Positions 58,921 to 64,000 of a stretch of 64,000 bases of DNA are shown one piece after another. A program made the position numbers and the translations under genes. Numbering within the stretch: position 1 is the stretch's first letter; each line of letters begins with the position of its first letter. Origin of the DNA: the human T2T-CHM13v2.0 reference genome, Homo sapiens; the NCBI RefSeq assembly GCF_009914755.1, contig NC_060936.1; one strand, 5' to 3'. The notes beneath the pieces are model-generated. The model was not told the DNA's origin. It saw nothing but the letters and a program-made list of their open reading frames with translations, and did not search any database.

Positions 58921-60201
58921 AGTAAGAACCAGGAGAGATGCAAGTTATAAATGGTGGGAAAAATCATGATAGAAACAATGTTTTGGTGAGAAAGCAGTAG
59001 ATACGCAACGAAGTTTTAAGCCTCTTACTAACTTCATGACCTTGGGTTTATAGATCCCCATTTAGTCTCTGACCCTCATTTTACTCTACTCCTGTCTTTT
59101 TTTTTTTAACATAAATACAGTTCTATACAATCTTCAAATCATCTTATTTTTCAGAAAAAAATATGTCCCTTCTTTTTTCTAAGACATGTTTCCATTTCTG
59201 TCCTTGATGCCCGTGATTTTTTCATGCCTTTAAATGTATCCTCCCAAATGTTGTCTTCACTTTTTCTATCTGAATTTATCTTGGCAATTGACAAACAACG
59301 GATTCAGCTTCTTATGTCATGATTCCAAGGACAATCTCTAACTTCAGTGACTTTATCTTTTACCTCTATGATGGACGCTGAGAAGTACCAGTCTCACTTC
59401 AATGAGAATTTGACTTGTTACACCAACTCCGAGGTGTGAGGTCAGTACATAGCCTTCAGTGATCAGTCATTTCAGGGTCTTCCTGTGGCGATTCCTCAAA
59501 GATTTAGAACCAGAAATACCATTTGACCCAGCAATCCCATTACTGGGTATATACCCAAAGGAATACAAATCATTCTATTATAAAGATACGTGCACACATA
59601 TGTTCATTGCAGCACTACTCACAATAGCAAAGACATGGAATCAACCCAGATGCCCATCAATGATAGACTGGATAAAGAAAATGTGGTACATATACACCAA
59701 TGGAATACTATGTGGCCATAAAAAGGAATGAGCTCATGTCCTTTGCAGGCACATGGATGAAGCTAGAAGCCATCAACCTAAGCAAACTAACACAGGAACA
59801 GAAAACCAAACACTGCATGTTCTCACTCATAAGTGGCAGTTGAACAATGACAACAGATGGACACAGGGAGGGGAACAACACACACCAGGGCCTGTTGGGG
59901 GGGTGGGGCCCAAGGGGAGGCAACTTAGGGGATGGGTCAATAGGTGCAGCAAACCACCGTGACACATGTATACCCATGTAACAAACCTGCATGTTCTGCG
60001 CATGTATCCTGGAACTTAAAGTTAAAAAAAAGAAAGAAATCTGAAAACACTAAATAAGAAGCAGGAGAGATGCAAGTCCTAAAGGGCAGGAAAAATTATG
60101 GTAGGACCAATGCCTTTGGCAAGAAAGGAGTAGACAGGTAACCAATTTTTAAGCCTCTGCTTTTCCTCTTTCTAACTTTATGACCTTGAGTTTAGGATCC
60201 C
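58921..60201 (+). repeat. Diverged ~150-bp direct repeat pair (58921-59078 and 60053-60201)
   Basis: Shared taagaaNcaggagagatgcaagt...ttttaagcctct...taacttNatgaccttgNgttta...gatcccc. Confidence 0.8.
59484..60033 (+). mobile_element. 5'-truncated L1PA8-like element
   Basis: 3' UTR ggcaacttaggggatgggtcaataggtgcagcaaacc; A tail; no TSD seen. Confidence 0.88.
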
Positions 60202-60982
60202 CTTTGATAAAAGAGAGGAAGAAAAATTGCATAAAAAGAGATAATTGAGAGCTTCTTGAGACTTTTCCTCAGAAACAAGGACACGATCGCAAATCTGATG
60301 AAGGTAAAAATACCAAAGGAATGTCAGATAGTACTTTTGAGATAGTAGGACAAAGAAAGGATGGAAATGGCTGCTATGTCAAAGTAATCTAATAATAGAG
60401 GTTCATGAATGCTTGTGTGAGGAGTCTAAAGTATTTTTGAAGGGAGATTAATATTGATAAGCTTTCTTCCATATATCTTGCCTCATCTGGATTAAATATA
60501 AGTTGACAGCAGTCCATAAACTCCTGTAAGCAAGCTAGTTGTTTCTTCATTTTTTATTGTATTAAACCACTGGACCCGATTAAGCTCAGTTCTGAAATTG
60601 CAGAATCTTTTGATGTAGTGAGCTGCCACAACGCTCAGGGGTATTACTATTAGGATAAGCATGAAAATTTGAAAATGGGATTATTCTGTTTAAAAACTTT
60701 TAGTGGCCCTATTATTGCAGACAGAATAAAAGCATACTCCTTTAAGAAATGGAAATCCTTTGCAATCATTAGCTTATCTCGCCTTTAAGCTACTTCCTTA
60801 ATACTCTTGGCCATGGTCCATCAGGAAACAGTACACTCACACTGGATAATTGTGGAGAGTTTAGTAGAAGTGTCAAATACATGTTAGGTATTATAATAAA
60901 AATAATTAAGAACTCCTTGCCGGAAACAGCATGATAAAAACATCAATAAAAATTGTAGTTGGCTTATGAGGTTTCTTATGTT

Positions 60983-60984
<2 letters not shown>

Positions 60985-61015
<31 letters not shown>
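60985..61015. repeat. (CA)n microsatellite
   Basis: Directly visible. Confidence 0.95.
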
Positions 61016-61016
<1 letters not shown>

Positions 61017-62101
61017 CTAAATTGAGATGTAAATCCAATTCAGGGTAAGGTGTAAATATTCAGTTTACATGCAAGGGATCAGGTCTGATAAAGCACGATG
61101 CAATTTAAAGATTAATAAAATTAACAAAATTATCCAGATCTATAAATTATACTCAAAACACAAGTGGACATAGCCATTCTCCTGTCCTTGGTAACCTTTT
61201 TTCTACCAAATTTTACTAGATAACTGGTCCTATAGAAATGGATATGACTTAGTACTGGTAGGAATAAATTTATTTTGTTTTTAATGAAAAAAAGTAGGGA
61301 GAAAGGGACTATTTATTTTGCCACCAAAGTTTGGCATTTTAAATCTGAGCTCTATAATTTAGTATCTGCTGGTAATGAAAGCTCCTGAGGTGGAGAATAC
61401 GTGACTAGAAAGGAAGCAAAGCATTTATGGCAACCAACATGCTTTCACTTATATTACTGCACTAAATAGAACTTTGAAGTCAGCAAGGCAGAGCATGTTA
61501 TAATCCTTACTTTACAGCTGAAAAATCACAGATTTAGGGCATTTGCAGTTGGTTCAGTGTCCCATAGTTTATTAATAGTACAGTTAGAATAAGAATCTCT
61601 AAGACTGCTAAAATCAGACTCTAGGAGTCTTTCATGCAATTCAGTTTAATCCAATCAAGCAGCCATGAGTATCAGGTACTGATGTTCATTTAAAGTTAGG
61701 TGAAAAGAAACTTTATGCTTTGGGAATATATAATCTGGTTTGAGAAAAGAAATTTACAAATTTAATGATACAACTTACAAACTCATTCTGAGGCTTAAAA
61801 ATCTTTTAAAGGACACAGCACTGTAAATAGAAACACAGGTAAACCACTGCCATGAATTCATGCTGAGAGAGATTACCTGCAGTAAACAATGCATGGTAAA
61901 CCTTCACTTAAAAAGTTTTCTGATTTCTTACCAAGCCTTTTCCCAAATAATTTATGGATTAAAGTGCTCTGCATTTTGTAAGCATTTCCCCTTATATGCT
62001 AAGTCATATAAATGCAGAGAAAAAAATGGTTATTATACGAATCTAGAGAAGATGTATATAATTACTTATATTACATGGTGTCAGTGCTTAATTACAAATT
62101 A

Positions 62102-62326
62102 CAGGTGTTCCTCAATTATGATGAGGTGACAGTCCAATAAACCCATCCTACATTGAAAATATACTATATTGAAAGTGCATTTTTGCCTTAAAATATTTTC
62201 AATTTAGGGTGGGTTTATCTGGACATACCTCATCTTAAATCAAGGAGCCTATTGAATGCCTATCGCTTTGTACCATGGTAAAGTGGAAAATTGTAAGTCA
62301 AACCATCGTAAGTCTGACACCATCTG
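62102..62326 (+). mobile_element. MER47/Tigger5-family MITE with internal palindrome
   Basis: TA TSDs at 62100-62101 and 62327-62328; ends caggtgttcctc and ccatcgtaagtctgacaccatctg. Confidence 0.8.
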
Positions 62327-62854
62327 TACATGGTATTTAGAAATATCTCTATATTGTGGTGAAATTACCTTTGAAATTTTAAGCTTTGGATATTACTATT
62401 ATGTTCTTCAAGGCACTTATGGAGTAAACGTAGAGTATTTTGCCTTCAATATATGTGCACTCAGGATGTATAGATATTTTTAAAACTAAGGTATTCAATT
62501 AAGGAAATCATAGGCATTTTGTTCCCTCCTCCTTACCCCCAGTACCCTAAATAACTTAAATATAATATTAGGCCAAAAGCTGATTATGCAATATACTATA
62601 ATATTCCTTAGGAAAGATATGAGTACATATTTTATCTTTTTCTAGTGGTTATTAAAAATGAATACATACTCATTCAGATCAATGTAGAAGTGGAGATGAA
62701 AATTTTGTATTTTTCCTGAAGCCTCCTTTCTGGCTCTACTTCCATCAGTTACGAGTTAATGCTGCAAGGGACATAGATGTATGAAGTAAATTATATACTC
62801 AATTTTATTGAGCTTACTACTGTATGAAAAAATAAAAAAATAAAAGAAATATAA

Positions 62855-63080
62855 GTTTAATAATAACAATTATTGATTGCTTACCATCAGCAATATACAG
62901 TGTTTGCTAAGGTTGTCACTTACATTATCTCCTTTATTTAATTAACTACTTACAGTTAACTATCTCCATTTTTCAGTTGAGAAAAGTGAAGGTTACAAAA
63001 ATTCAGTAATATACCCAATATATATGCAGCTGGTGTGGGATTAAAACTCAAATTTTTCTAACTCTAGCATCTGACTTTTA
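62855..63080 (-). mobile_element. MIR
   Basis: tctccatttttcagttgagaaaagtgaagg...gggattaaaactca. Confidence 0.6.
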
Positions 63081-63146
63081 TACTTTATACTTTATCACCT
63101 CACAATGTCTGAATAAGTACCTTTAACATTGCAGAAAATAATTTTT

Positions 63147-63425
63147 TTGAGACAGAGTCTCGCTCTGTCACCCAAGCTGGAATGCAATGGTGAGATCTAG
63201 GCTCACTGCAACCTCTGCCTCCCTGGCTCAGGTGATCCTCCCACCTCAGCCTCCCAACTAGCTGGGACTACAGGCGCGTGCCATCATGCCTGGCTAATTT
63301 TTATATTTTTTTGTTTGTTTGTAGACACAAGGTTTCACCCTGTTGCCTAGACTGGTTTCAAACTCCTAGGCTGAAGCGATCCACCAAAGTGCTGGGATTA
63401 CAGGTGTGAGCCACTGTGCCACACC
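63147..63425 (-). mobile_element. AluJ with small internal deletion
   Basis: Exact 15-bp TSD cagaaaataattttt at 63132-63146 and 63426-63440. Confidence 0.88.
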
Positions 63426-63857
63426 CAGAAAATAATTTTTAAGAAAAGAGTTTTCTTCCCTTTAGAATACTGAAACTAACATGGACTAATTGTCCATACA
63501 TACAAATTTTAAATTTTTTCACCTGTTTCTTGGGTCACCTTTGTCTAACAGAGATTATTTTATTTCATTTCAATACTATTAAAATATTAATACAATGTGA
63601 AGCCCTAGTGTAAAAATAACATTTTCATTCTCATAGCAATTCTTTCCAATGCCTGGCTGGATTTGTTGTTTGTCTTTTGATCATATTTCAAACTTTATCT
63701 TCCCTAAGAAAGCACATGCTTTATAGCAAGTATTGCCAAAATTAATGTTAATTAACAAAGTTAATCCAGGCAATGTATATTTAAAAACCAAGTTCCTATT
63801 TCAAATTATCATGCAAAATATTTTCACAGAGATATATTTAATAAGAAATGAATATCT

Positions 63858-63936
63858 CTGTAATCCCAGCACTTTGCAAGAACAAGGTAGGAGCAACACT
63901 TGAACACAGTAGTTCTAGACCAGCTTGAGCAACATA
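63858..63936 (+). mobile_element. Alu left-monomer/FLAM fragment
   Basis: ctgtaatcccagcacttt...agaccagcttgagcaacata. Confidence 0.7.
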
Positions 63937-64000
63937 AGCTTTTTTGCATCTTTTTATGGACAAAATCAATTACTTAGCTTTGCCATGGGTGGTCTTCTCC

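Overview
Primate DNA, most likely human (an AluYa5-like copy, L1PA/L1PB, THE1, MER41). The window is AT-rich, repeat-dense and intronic or intergenic. I find no intact protein-coding gene: every ORF I could recognise is a decayed transposon remnant (Tigger4 transposase, L1 ORF1/ORF2, ERVL pro/pol), Alu-derived, or chance. The main elements are a near full-length Tigger4/Zombi DNA transposon (4931-7627), a near full-length dead L1PA with three nested Alus (~12.2-19.9 kb), a 5'-inverted (twin-primed) L1PB (20.1-22.5 kb), a nested ERVL/LTR41 remnant (24.8-27.6 kb), a complete THE1C element with TSDs (35053-37313), and many MIR, L2, L1M and LTR fragments. Two weak candidate minus-strand exons and a plus-strand bias of L1s and LTRs suggest the window may be a large intron of a minus-strand transcript. 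I see no evidence for a new multi-gene biological system. The most unusual signals are small DNA-repair or template-switch fossils: a 60-bp inverted copy of a sequence 2.5 kb away pasted into an L1 3' end, a 29-bp near-perfect hairpin spanning an LTR junction, and an apparently polyadenylated MER41A fragment inserted with a target deletion. Repeat subfamily names come from remembered consensus sequences and need RepeatMasker/Dfam confirmation. Coordinates of old repeats are approximate.
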